A stretch of 64,000 nucleotides of DNA, from NCBI GenBank assembly GCA_965217115.1, contig OZ244239.1, positions 2,106,532 to 2,170,531 of the forward strand. Reading direction: 5' to 3'. Both the position numbers and the translations under genes were made by a program. Under the pieces are notes generated by a model, which worked only from the letters and a program-made list of their open reading frames with translations, searched no databases and had not been told where the DNA came from. This document shows positions 55,813 through 64,000 of this stretch, in pieces; position 1 is the stretch's first letter; the number at the start of each line of letters is the position of its first letter. Source of the DNA: Bdellovibrionales bacterium. GTDB taxonomy: Bacteria > Bdellovibrionota > Bdellovibrionia > Bdellovibrionales > CAYMLA01.

Positions 55813-57801
55813 ATGTTAAAAAAATCGTTTTTCGGAGTGTTTTTTCTAGGGGTGGTTCTCTTATTTGGCTGTAGCACATTTGATAATAATCAGTCAGACC
55901 GTGGACTGGCAGGGAAAAAAGATACCAGTGTGGTTGACTCTAGTGGTGAGGTGATTCTTTTCTACAGGGACGGTGGTAAGATCGTTGTTAAAGAGTGTAT
56001 GGAAGAAACTGTTTTAAAAGATAGCTCCTACAAAAGGAGGGATTGCCTTCAGAAACTGGGAACGAAGGTTAGGGAAATTCCACTGAAGGAGTTTAAAGAG
56101 GATTTGAAAAGAATTCTACGGATTCCCAATGTTACTTCTAATGGGCGTTTTGACAGAAAAACAGAAGGGAAGATTGAACTGTATAAGAAGCTGGGAAGGC
56201 AGGACAAGACTTTTTTTCTAGAGCATCAAAAAAAGAGGATAGAGGAAATTCTTGGAACACTGGAGATGTTTCTTCATGAATATAGTGTTGAAGGTAGTGT
56301 GAAGAGTAAAGAAAAACAGGTAGAGAGTGCAGCCCATTTAGGAAAAATAAGAGCTCTCTTAAAAAAGAGCGGGAATTTAGCGCCCATTGTCACTGAGATC
56401 AATGGTTTAATAGACACTCTTGTCGAATTGAAAGGATTTAGTTTTATTAGATCTAGAGTTAAGCCTTTTAAAGTTAGAGTTAAGCTTTTTAAAGTTAGAG
56501 GTCAAGAAGTGAGGAGAGCATGGCTTCAAGCATTTCCATTGGCGGAACTTAGAGAGGACTTGAAGAAAATCCTACGCATACCCGATGTTATTTTTAACGT
56601 TCATCCTGACGGAATGGCAGAAGAGAAAACCGCTTTGCATGGGAGGCAGATTCATGTTGCCGATCTAAATCGTGAGAAGAGGGAGGTAATAGAAAAAGTG
56701 TCGAGAACAAAGACGTATATTACTGATTATAAACTTGGATACCACTCGGAGACGGCAGAAAAACAGAAGGAGCGTAGAGATCGCTTGGACGAGATTGAAG
56801 CCATCTTAGCAAAGAATGATGGAGAACTCTTAAAAGAGAGTGGGGGTTTAGCGTCCGTTATCGCTGAGGTCAATGGTTTAATAGACAGTTTTGTCAATGG
56901 GGTGATTTCTCAACGTGATTTAAAACAATTTGTTTCTTCTAGAGACGAGAGAAGTATTGAATTTAATCTTTTAAAAAGTTATTTACGAGCGCCAAGGGAG
57001 TTACAATCCTTCTTTGTTCCAGTCAAAGCGGGAGACTTTCAAATGGGAAGTTCAGAAGAGGAAGAGTTTCGTCATGATGATGAGACTTTGCACAAAGTGA
57101 CTCTCACGAAGGCTTTTGAAATACAGGCAACTGAAGTGACCCAGAGTGAGTGGTTCCGTGTCATGGGTGAAAATCCTTCAAAGTTTAAACCAGGCAAGGT
57201 CATTAGTTTTTTTTGGGGTATTCAGCTCTCTTGGGCATTTAAAAATTATTGCCCAGAGACTTCTATCATTAGGGAGACCTACGCTCTGTGCCCAAACCAT
57301 CCTGTGGATAGTGTCTCTTGGAATGATGTGCAGACCTTTATTAAAAAGCTAAACAGGATGAGTGATGCTTATGTTTACAGATTACCGACAGAAGCGGAGT
57401 GGGAGTACGCAGCCCGTGAAGAGGGGAGATCAAAGACTCCTTATCATCTAGGAGGAAGAGAATCTCTGCAAACTGTGAATTACAATGAAGAGGATCCTGG
57501 TACTGGTAAGAAGAGGGAACAAACAGTCGCAGTGGGTAGTCTTGATAATGGGAATGCTTTGGGGCTGTTTGATATGCATGGGAATGTGGGGGAGTGGGTG
57601 CAGGATTGGTATGGTTCTGACACATACGAAGATGGTTCAGTGGTAGACCCTAAAGGCCCTTCGAGTGGTAAGAAACGTGTTGTTCGTGGCGGGAGTTGGG
57701 GTAACCTAGCGAGCTATCTGCGGTCGGCGTTTCGTTACAGTCGGGTTGCTACAAAGCGTACCAATCTAACGGGTTTCCGCCTTGTGAGGACTGCCAAATA
57801 A
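55813..57801 (+). CDS. Long FGE/SUMF1-domain lipoprotein with duplicated helical N-terminal region, copy 4
   Basis: ATG 55813 follows the same GGAGTTTTAAGA leader as copies 1-3; LFGC lipobox; C-terminal FGE motifs. Confidence 0.9.
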   Translation: MLKKSFFGVFFLGVVLLFGCSTFDNNQSDRGLAGKKDTSVVDSSGEVILFYRDGGKIVVKECMEETVLKDSSYKRRDCLQKLGTKVREIPLKEFKEDLKRILRIPNVTSNGRFDRKTEGKIELYKKLGRQDKTFFLEHQKKRIEEILGTLEMFLHEYSVEGSVKSKEKQVESAAHLGKIRALLKKSGNLAPIVTEINGLIDTLVELKGFSFIRSRVKPFKVRVKLFKVRGQEVRRAWLQAFPLAELREDLKKILRIPDVIFNVHPDGMAEEKTALHGRQIHVADLNREKREVIEKVSRTKTYITDYKLGYHSETAEKQKERRDRLDEIEAILAKNDGELLKESGGLASVIAEVNGLIDSFVNGVISQRDLKQFVSSRDERSIEFNLLKSYLRAPRELQSFFVPVKAGDFQMGSSEEEEFRHDDETLHKVTLTKAFEIQATEVTQSEWFRVMGENPSKFKPGKVISFFWGIQLSWAFKNYCPETSIIRETYALCPNHPVDSVSWNDVQTFIKKLNRMSDAYVYRLPTEAEWEYAAREEGRSKTPYHLGGRESLQTVNYNEEDPGTGKKREQTVAVGSLDNGNALGLFDMHGNVGEWVQDWYGSDTYEDGSVVDPKGPSSGKKRVVRGGSWGNLASYLRSAFRYSRVATKRTNLTGFRLVRTAK

Positions 57802-57995
57802 GATCATTGGCAGCCGCTCAACATCATAACTGACGGAAATTTTCTTGAAGCCCCAGACCCCAAGTCTTTCGCCTAGTTTGTGTGGATGTTTTCTGGCAGT
57901 GCCCTCTCTTTATTTACCCCTTTCTAATGAACTTTGATAGGATGTTTGTAAAAGTAAAAACTTAGGTGAGTGTTATAACCATGGGAGTTTTAAGA

Positions 57996-59954
57996 ATGTT
58001 AAAAAAATCGTTTTTCGGAGTGTTTTTTCTAGGGGTGGTTCTTTTATTATTTGGCTGTAGCACATTTGATAATAATCAGTCAGACCGTGGACTGGCAGGG
58101 AAAAAAGATACCAGTGTGGTTGACTCTAGTGGTGAGGTGATTCTTTTCTACAGGGACGGTGGTAAGATCGTTGTTAAAGAGTGTATGGAAGAAACTGTTT
58201 TAAAAAATAGCTCCTACAAAAGGAGGGATTGTCGTCAGAAACTGGGAACGGAGGTTAGGGAAATTCCCCTGAAAGAGTTTAAAGAGGATTTGAAAAGAAT
58301 TCTACGGATTCCCAATGTTACTTCTAATGGGCGTTTTGACAGAAAAACAGAAGGGAAGACTGGACTGTATAAGAAGCTGGGAAGGCAGGACAAGACTTTT
58401 TTTCTAGAGCATCAAAAAAAGAGGATAGAGGAGGAAATTCTTGGAAAAATACAGGGGTTTCTTTATGAATATAGTGTGGAGAGTAAAGAAAAACAAAAAC
58501 AAATAGAGAGAGCAGCTCATTTAGGAAGAATAAGAGTTCTCTTAAAAAAGAGCGGGGATTTAGCGCTCATTGTCACTGAGATTAATGGTTTAATAGATAC
58601 TCTTACCGAGTTGAAAGTACTTAGTTTTATTAGACCTGGAGTTAAGCTTTTTAAAGTTAGAGGTCAAGAAGAGAGGAGAGCAAAGCTTCGAGCATTTCCA
58701 TTTGCGAAACTTAGAGAGGACTTGAAGAAAATCCTACGCATGCCCGATGTTATTTCTGACGGAATGGCAGAAGAGAAAACCGCCTTGCATGGGAGGCAGA
58801 TTCATGCTGCCGATCTAAATCGTGAGAGAAGGAAGATAATAGAAGATCTGTCGGGAACAGACGGGTATATTGATAATTATGAATTAAACAGTCTGGAGCT
58901 GAAAGAAAAACAGAATGAGCGTAGAGGTCGCTTGGAAGAGATTGAAACCATCTTAGCAAAGAATGGTGGAGAACTCTTAAAAGAGAGTGGGGGTTTAGCG
59001 TCCGTTATCGCTGAGGTCAATGGTTTAATAGACAGTTTTGTCAATGATGTGATTTCTCAACGTGATTTAAAACAATTTGTTTCTTCTAAAAACAAGACAA
59101 GTATTGAATTTAATCTTTTAAGAAGTTATTTACGAGCGCCAAGGGAGTTACAATCCTTTTTTGTTCCAGTCAAAGCGGGAGACTTTCAAATGGGAAGTCC
59201 GAGAGAGGAAGAGTTTCGTTTTGGTGATGAGATTTTGCACAAAGTGACTCTCACGAAGGCTTTTGAAATGCAGGCAACTGAAGTGACCCAGAGTGAGTGG
59301 TTCCGTGTCATGGGTGAAAATCCTTCAAAGTTTAAACCAGGCAAGGTCATTAGTCATTCTTGGATTTTTGAGTCCTCTGTGATATTTAAAAATTATTGCC
59401 CAGAGACTTCTATCATTAGGGAGACCTACGCTCTGTGCCCAAACCATCCTGTGGAGAGTGTCTCTTGGAATGATGTGCAGATCTTTATTAAAAAGCTAAA
59501 CAGGATGAGTGATGCTTATGTTTACAGATTACCGACAGAAGCGGAGTGGGAGTACGCAGCCCGTGAAGAGGGGAGGTCAACGACTCCTTACAATCTGGGG
59601 GAGAGCATCTCTGGAAGGACTGTGAATTACTATGAAAGTGAGGATCCTGGTACTGGTAAGAAGAGGAAACAAACAGTCGCAGTGGGCAGTCTTGATAATG
59701 GGAATGCTTTGGGGCTGTTTGATATGCATGGGAATGTGCGGGAGTGGGTGCAGGATTGGTATGGCTCTGACACATACGAAGATGGTTCAGTGGTAGACCC
59801 TAAAGGCCCTTCGAGTGGTAGCAAACGTGTTATTCGTGGCGGGGGTTGGTCGTCCACCTTCGCGGCTTACCTCCGGTCGGCGTATCGTTACTCTCACCCT
59901 GCTCAAAGCGATACCAAGGACCTAGGTTTCCGCCTTGTGAGGACTGCCAAATAA
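57996..59954 (+). CDS. Long FGE/SUMF1-domain lipoprotein, copy 5
   Basis: Tandem duplicate of copy 4 including upstream and downstream DNA. Confidence 0.9.
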   Translation: MLKKSFFGVFFLGVVLLLFGCSTFDNNQSDRGLAGKKDTSVVDSSGEVILFYRDGGKIVVKECMEETVLKNSSYKRRDCRQKLGTEVREIPLKEFKEDLKRILRIPNVTSNGRFDRKTEGKTGLYKKLGRQDKTFFLEHQKKRIEEEILGKIQGFLYEYSVESKEKQKQIERAAHLGRIRVLLKKSGDLALIVTEINGLIDTLTELKVLSFIRPGVKLFKVRGQEERRAKLRAFPFAKLREDLKKILRMPDVISDGMAEEKTALHGRQIHAADLNRERRKIIEDLSGTDGYIDNYELNSLELKEKQNERRGRLEEIETILAKNGGELLKESGGLASVIAEVNGLIDSFVNDVISQRDLKQFVSSKNKTSIEFNLLRSYLRAPRELQSFFVPVKAGDFQMGSPREEEFRFGDEILHKVTLTKAFEMQATEVTQSEWFRVMGENPSKFKPGKVISHSWIFESSVIFKNYCPETSIIRETYALCPNHPVESVSWNDVQIFIKKLNRMSDAYVYRLPTEAEWEYAAREEGRSTTPYNLGESISGRTVNYYESEDPGTGKKRKQTVAVGSLDNGNALGLFDMHGNVREWVQDWYGSDTYEDGSVVDPKGPSSGSKRVIRGGGWSSTFAAYLRSAYRYSHPAQSDTKDLGFRLVRTAK

Positions 59955-60075
59955 GATCATTGGCAGCCGCTTAACATCATAGCTGACGGAAATTTTCTTG
60001 AAGCCCCAGGCCCCATGGGAAAATAGGCGATGGGGTTATATTGCAACTCTCATGTGAGCATAGCATAATAGAGAA

Positions 60076-60705
60076 ATGGAAATATCCCCCTATATTCAAC
60101 AGCATTTTTTTGATTTTGAACCCATTGTTCCTAAAACAGGTGGGTATGCAGCTTTTGTAGACATTCTAGGACGGGAAAATACGTTTAAAATTTCGTTTCT
60201 ATCATCGACAGGAAGAGTTTCGTTGGACGAAGTCATTAACCGGCCATCAGGATTTACATATGCTCAAAGTAGCGCTAGTCGAGAGAAGACCTCTAGCGAA
60301 GGGGGACTGAAGGCCGGTGTCTATCAATTCAATATTAGTCTCAATGGGTCAATAGATAAAAAATTAAATCTAGAATTCAAACCTTCCCCATTATCTATTC
60401 CTCAAATTGAAGTTACGCAATTTAATAAGTATTGGGAAGTTTGTTGGCAAGAGGCTCCGTTCTTTTCAAATTATTGGGTCTTTGCTTTACCAGAAGGAGG
60501 TTATACGGGCTACGATTCTATTTTTAAAAAAGTCACTCCTCTAACTAAAAATAAATTTAATGGGACAAGTCTTAAAATTAAAAAAAATCCCTTCGGTGAA
60601 GGCTTGAGGTACAGAATTTTGATTCGGGCAAATCAGGAGGAAGAAAAGAATGGTTTTCCTAGGTTTTCCAAAGAGGCCTGGGGGATTTCTTCGGTGCTTG
60701 TTTAG
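60076..60705 (+). CDS. Hypothetical protein
   Basis: 209-aa ORF; no family recognised. Confidence 0.6.
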   Translation: MEISPYIQQHFFDFEPIVPKTGGYAAFVDILGRENTFKISFLSSTGRVSLDEVINRPSGFTYAQSSASREKTSSEGGLKAGVYQFNISLNGSIDKKLNLEFKPSPLSIPQIEVTQFNKYWEVCWQEAPFFSNYWVFALPEGGYTGYDSIFKKVTPLTKNKFNGTSLKIKKNPFGEGLRYRILIRANQEEEKNGFPRFSKEAWGISSVLV

Positions 60706-60714
60706 CCCTAGGTA

Positions 60715-60773
60715 TCGCCTTTGTAAATTCGAGTGTTAGAATGACCACCCTCTCTGGGTTTTGAATGGAAGAG
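60715..60773. repeat. ~58-bp direct repeat (second copy 63145-63202) flanking the three-gene paralog cluster
   Basis: tcgcctttgtaaattc(g/a)agtgttagaatgacc...tctgggtttt(t)gaatggaagag in both copies. Confidence 0.85.
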
Positions 60774-60981
60774 ATGATACAACTCATTATCAATCTAAAT
60801 GTAAAATAAATAGACAGTATTTTACGGTCAGAGGCCTTTATTTTTATCTGAATAACATAATGCCCATTTACGACAGTTATATGATCACAAGTTTATCAAA
60901 ATGAGACAATAAGAGCCAAAAACAACGGAGAAAAACCCAATAGAAGGCAGTAACACAAGTGATTACAGTGCCTTAGGCTTT

Positions 60982-60996
60982 TGGCCGGTGTTTTGC
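60982..60996 (+). promoter_or_regulatory. Putative sigma-54 promoter (duplicate at 62033-62047)
   Basis: TGGCCGG-TGTT-TTGC fits the -24/-12 consensus TGGCACG-N4-TTGC; lies within a duplicated ~300-bp upstream block. Confidence 0.62.
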
Positions 60997-61101
60997 TTTA
61001 ATTGGGAGAGAATAAAAAATGGTACCTACTTCTATAAGGAAGAACTAGGTAACTAAAAGAGAATGAAACAGAACACATTAACTTAACCTGAGGAGGTTTT
61101 T

Positions 61102-61452
61102 ATGAAAAACATTTATTTAATTGCGTCTATCTTATTTTTTTCTGGTGTCGCAGCAGGCAGTTGTAAGGCTTTAAATGAAGCTGAAAAAGAGATGGCTTAT
61201 TATTTAGGTGATGATACAAATGCTGAAAAACCAGTAACATCGGAAGCTGAGAGTATAGCACTTTTCAGCAGCACAGCATTCGTTCTCGGTTTTAATGGAT
61301 ATGTCCGAGGTTATCTAGATGCAAAGGGGGCTTACAAGACTCCTCAAGAGTACCAAGAAAAACTTAACAAGATAAAAGAGATTTGTTTAAGGCTTCCAAT
61401 ACTGGATTATACAGAGGCTACTAATATGGGAAGTCAGTCGTTCTCATTATAA
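61102..61452 (+). CDS. Small secreted protein, paralog 1
   Basis: GAGGAGG RBS; MKNIYLI.SILFFSGVAAGSC; YVRGYL.A; C...P. Confidence 0.85.
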   Translation: MKNIYLIASILFFSGVAAGSCKALNEAEKEMAYYLGDDTNAEKPVTSEAESIALFSSTAFVLGFNGYVRGYLDAKGAYKTPQEYQEKLNKIKEICLRLPILDYTEATNMGSQSFSL

Positions 61453-61521
61453 GTACTAGACTAAATATTTTTTGCCTCTAGGTAAATAATCAATCCACAG
61501 CGACAAAGCTAGGAGATCATG

Positions 61522-61552
61522 GCGAGGCTACTGTAAAGTGGCCTCGCTTTTT
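61522..61552 (+). terminator. Intrinsic terminator (related copy ~63046-63080)
   Basis: gcgaggctac-tgtaaa-gtggcctcgc followed by TTTTT. Confidence 0.7.
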
Positions 61553-62153
61553 GAGTTCAAAAAAATATCGCTTTCCCTGTGGGGGCTGAAATCAGTTATA
61601 ATCGCACTGGAATTCAAAACGAATCGAATAAATAAACCATTTACTTAATGAAGACAAGAATGGGGCAATGGGAAAGTTTGTAAAAAAAGTCCAAATCAAA
61701 TAATTTTGTTGATTGACTTACGGGGTGGACTATAGGGTTTATTTAATTAAATTAGTTTCAGAGTGAAAATGAGCATTGAGTCTGTGGATCTAGATATTAC
61801 TCAAATGAGTATCGTTCTATCGCGCAATTTCAAGTCTGCAACTCCCTAAATGTAAAATAAATAGACAGTATTTTACGGTCAGAGGCCTTTTTTTTTATCT
61901 GAGTAACATAATGCCCATTTACGACAGTTATATGATCACAAGTTTATCAAAATGAGACAGTAAGAGCCAAAAACAACGGAGAAAAACCCAATAGAAGGCA
62001 GTAACACAAGTGATTACAGTGGTTTAGGCTTTTGGCTGGTGTTTTGCTTTAAGTAGGAGAGAATGAAAAAATGGAATGGTACCTACTTCTATAAGGAAGA
62101 ACTAGGTAACTAAAAGAAAATGAAACAGAACAGATTAACCTGAGGAGCTTTTT

Positions 62154-62519
62154 ATGAAAAACATTTATTTAATTGTGTCTATCTTATTTTTTTCTGGTGT
62201 CGCAGCAGGCAGTTGTAATGCTTTAATTGAAGCTAAAAAAGCTATTGATCATTATTCAGAAATCAGTGGTGATACAAAGATTGAAGAATCAATAATGTTG
62301 AATGCTCGGGAGAGAGCATCTAGCAGCAAAACATACATCCACGGTTTTCTGCAATATGTGCGAGGCTATCTAGATGCAGAGGCGAGGTACAATACTTCTG
62401 CAGATCAGAGCGTAGCGGACACAGATAAAAAGTACGAAGAAAAAATTAGCAATATAATTCAGTCTTGTGCAAAGAATCCAGAACTGCATTATATGGAGGT
62501 TACTGGGACAGTCAAATAA
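62154..62519 (+). CDS. Small secreted protein, paralog 2
   Basis: Same leader and motifs. Confidence 0.85.
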   Translation: MKNIYLIVSILFFSGVAAGSCNALIEAKKAIDHYSEISGDTKIEESIMLNARERASSSKTYIHGFLQYVRGYLDAEARYNTSADQSVADTDKKYEEKISNIIQSCAKNPELHYMEVTGTVK

Positions 62520-62593
62520 TCATTTTTATTAAGTAGAAGAACTGGGTAAGTAAAAGAAAATGAAACAGAATAGATTAACCTGAGGAGGTTTTT

Positions 62594-62968
62594 ATGAAAA
62601 ACATTTATTTAATTGCGTCTATCTTATTTTTTTCTGGTGTCGCAGCAGGCAGTTGTAGGACTTTAAATCAATCTGTAATAAGTTATAATTTTTATTCAGA
62701 AATCTATGGTGATACAAAGATTAAAGGATCAATAATGTTGAGAGCTTGGGAGAGAGCATCTGAGGGCAGAGTATACCTCAACGGTTTTCAGCAATATGTC
62801 CGGGGCTATCTAGCTGCAGAGACGGGTTACGATACTTCTCTAGATCAGATAGTAGCAGACCCAGATCTCACGGAAAAGTACCGAGAAAGACTTAACAAGA
62901 TAGGACAGTTTTGTGTAAAACATCCAGAATTGGATTATGCATATGTTACTGGACTATTCAAAGAGTAG
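62594..62968 (+). CDS. Small secreted protein, paralog 3
   Basis: Same leader and motifs. Confidence 0.85.
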   Translation: MKNIYLIASILFFSGVAAGSCRTLNQSVISYNFYSEIYGDTKIKGSIMLRAWERASEGRVYLNGFQQYVRGYLAAETGYDTSLDQIVADPDLTEKYRERLNKIGQFCVKHPELDYAYVTGLFKE

Positions 62969-63216
62969 TTCTCAAGTACTAGATTAAATATTTTTTGCCT
63001 CTGGGTAAACAATCAATCCACAGCCGGCAAAGCTAGGAGATCATGGCGAGGCCACTGCAAAGTGGCCTTTTCCCTTTTCTTTAATCGTTTAATGAGGGTG
63101 CAGTATTATTTAGTCCAAGACATCTCAGACCTAAATTAGGCTTCTCGCCTTTGTAAATTCAAGTGTTAGAATGACCGACCTCTGGGTTTTTGAATGGAAG
63201 AGGTTTTCAAAAAATT

Positions 63217-63293
63217 GGGGGCGACCGACGGGGTTTGAACCCGCGACCACTGGAATCACAATCCAGGGCTCTACCAGCTGAGCTACAGCCGCC
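63217..63293 (-). tRNA. tRNA-His (GTG)
   Basis: G-1 GCGGCTG acceptor, CTGGA-TT-GTG-AT-TCCAG anticodon arm, GGTTCAAAC T-loop, C73 discriminator; 3' reads CCCA so CCA is not encoded in register. Confidence 0.95.
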
Positions 63294-63485
63294 ATAAAAG
63301 GAATGATTCAGGGTGACTGCTGTTATTCTAGGCACACTGAGGTCTTTATCAGCCCTAAGATATACGAATTTTTGGTTGGAAGTGCAAATATTTTCTAGGG
63401 GGGGCTTGTTGAGGGAGTTGCTGAAGTTATTCAAGGAATCTGTGAATTTTAGCTCAAAAGAGTGATTGATCAGGAGCGGTGGAGG

Positions 63486-63539
63486 TGGCAGAGTGAATTG
63501 GCAAGAGTGAATTGGCAGAGTGAATTGGAAAGAATGAAT
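63486..63539. repeat. Short tandem repeat, 4 x 13-14 bp
   Basis: tggcagagtgaat / tggcaagagtgaat / tggcagagtgaat / tggaaagaatgaat. Confidence 0.8.
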
Positions 63540-63636
63540 TAAAAGAGTGGAGAATTGGGAGAGGGCAGGGAAGACGGGGGAAACCCTCTGCGATTCAGGC
63601 CCACACTCCACCTCCACCCCTTGGGAAGGTCGTCTG

Positions 63637-63885
63637 ATGTTGATGCGTTTTTTAGTGAGTGCCCTTATTATCGTCTCTGCCATTGGTTGCTTTGGAGAGA
63701 AGACATCAAAGTTTGTAGCGGGACAGTGTATTATGCCCGTCGATGGCAGTCGGGTGTGGAAAATTCGTAAAACCGATGGAGACAAGGTGGTCGCCGACTT
63801 AATCAGCAACTCTTTTGTGCCAGTGAAGAATGAAACCTTAGATATGGACAGACATTACGTGGCTGTTGACTGCTCGGGAAAGTAA
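63637..63885 (+). CDS. Small putative lipoprotein
   Basis: GGAAGG RBS before ATG 63637; signal ending AIGC. Confidence 0.6.
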   Translation: MLMRFLVSALIIVSAIGCFGEKTSKFVAGQCIMPVDGSRVWKIRKTDGDKVVADLISNSFVPVKNETLDMDRHYVAVDCSGK

Positions 63886-64000
63886 AAAATCGGTTTTGAT
63901 AATATATCTGTGTTCATTGCCCAAGAGAGGAACGGACAGGGATGGCTCTGTCAATCGTTCGAAGCTTCGGGGAAGACATTCCTATACACAGATTTCGTCT

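Noticed and set aside
50824..59954. Complete DGR, or true formylglycine-generating enzymes
   Set aside because: No reverse transcriptase or template repeat seen; the RGGSW-GFR segment lacks the catalytic Cys pair of FGE, and no sulfatase is nearby.
63207..63809. 200-aa minus-strand ORF (also 36321-36530)
   Set aside because: Reads through a tRNA gene and simple repeats; spurious.

Overview
Bacterial chromosome segment, most likely from a Bdellovibrionota-type organism. This is inferred from two TIGR02147/DUF4423 regulators, many lineage-style secreted proteins, and the ffh-rpsP-khpA-rimM-trmD-rplS-rnhB-yraN gene order. Four blocks: (1) 1-10 kb housekeeping/envelope genes (DUF2064 fragment, mutS2, lnt, S8 protease, htpX, DEDDh exonuclease, DUF885). 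(2) ~10-36 kb accessory/defence island, visibly AT-rich in its core, ending at an IS3 remnant and tRNA-Gly. It holds a type I R-M operon in which a HEPN toxin (RX4HXY) precedes an MNT antitoxin domain (GSX10DXD) fused in frame to HsdS, plus a membrane protein and an Abi_C/HEPN protein before hsdR. It also holds a TIR + small membrane protein + Sir2 + HerA run, a Sel1 protein, a truncated DUF6932/HTH pair, and a DUF262-DUF1524 nuclease with a C5 methyltransferase divergent from a controller-like HTH and putative endonuclease. (3) 36.5-47.4 kb core genes (trhO, prfC, ffh to yraN, lptD, STAS). (4) 47.5-63.2 kb arrays of paralogous secreted/lipoprotein genes ending at tRNA-His, including five FGE-type C-lectin lipoproteins with hypervariable C-termini resembling DGR targets (no reverse transcriptase in the window). 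Most notable: the HEPN + MNT-HsdS fusion, the TIR-TM-Sir2-HerA run, the DGR-like FGE array, and a 152-nt intergenic hairpin whose outer-stem mismatches all become G-U pairs on the minus strand. All calls come from motif recognition by eye; no database search was run.
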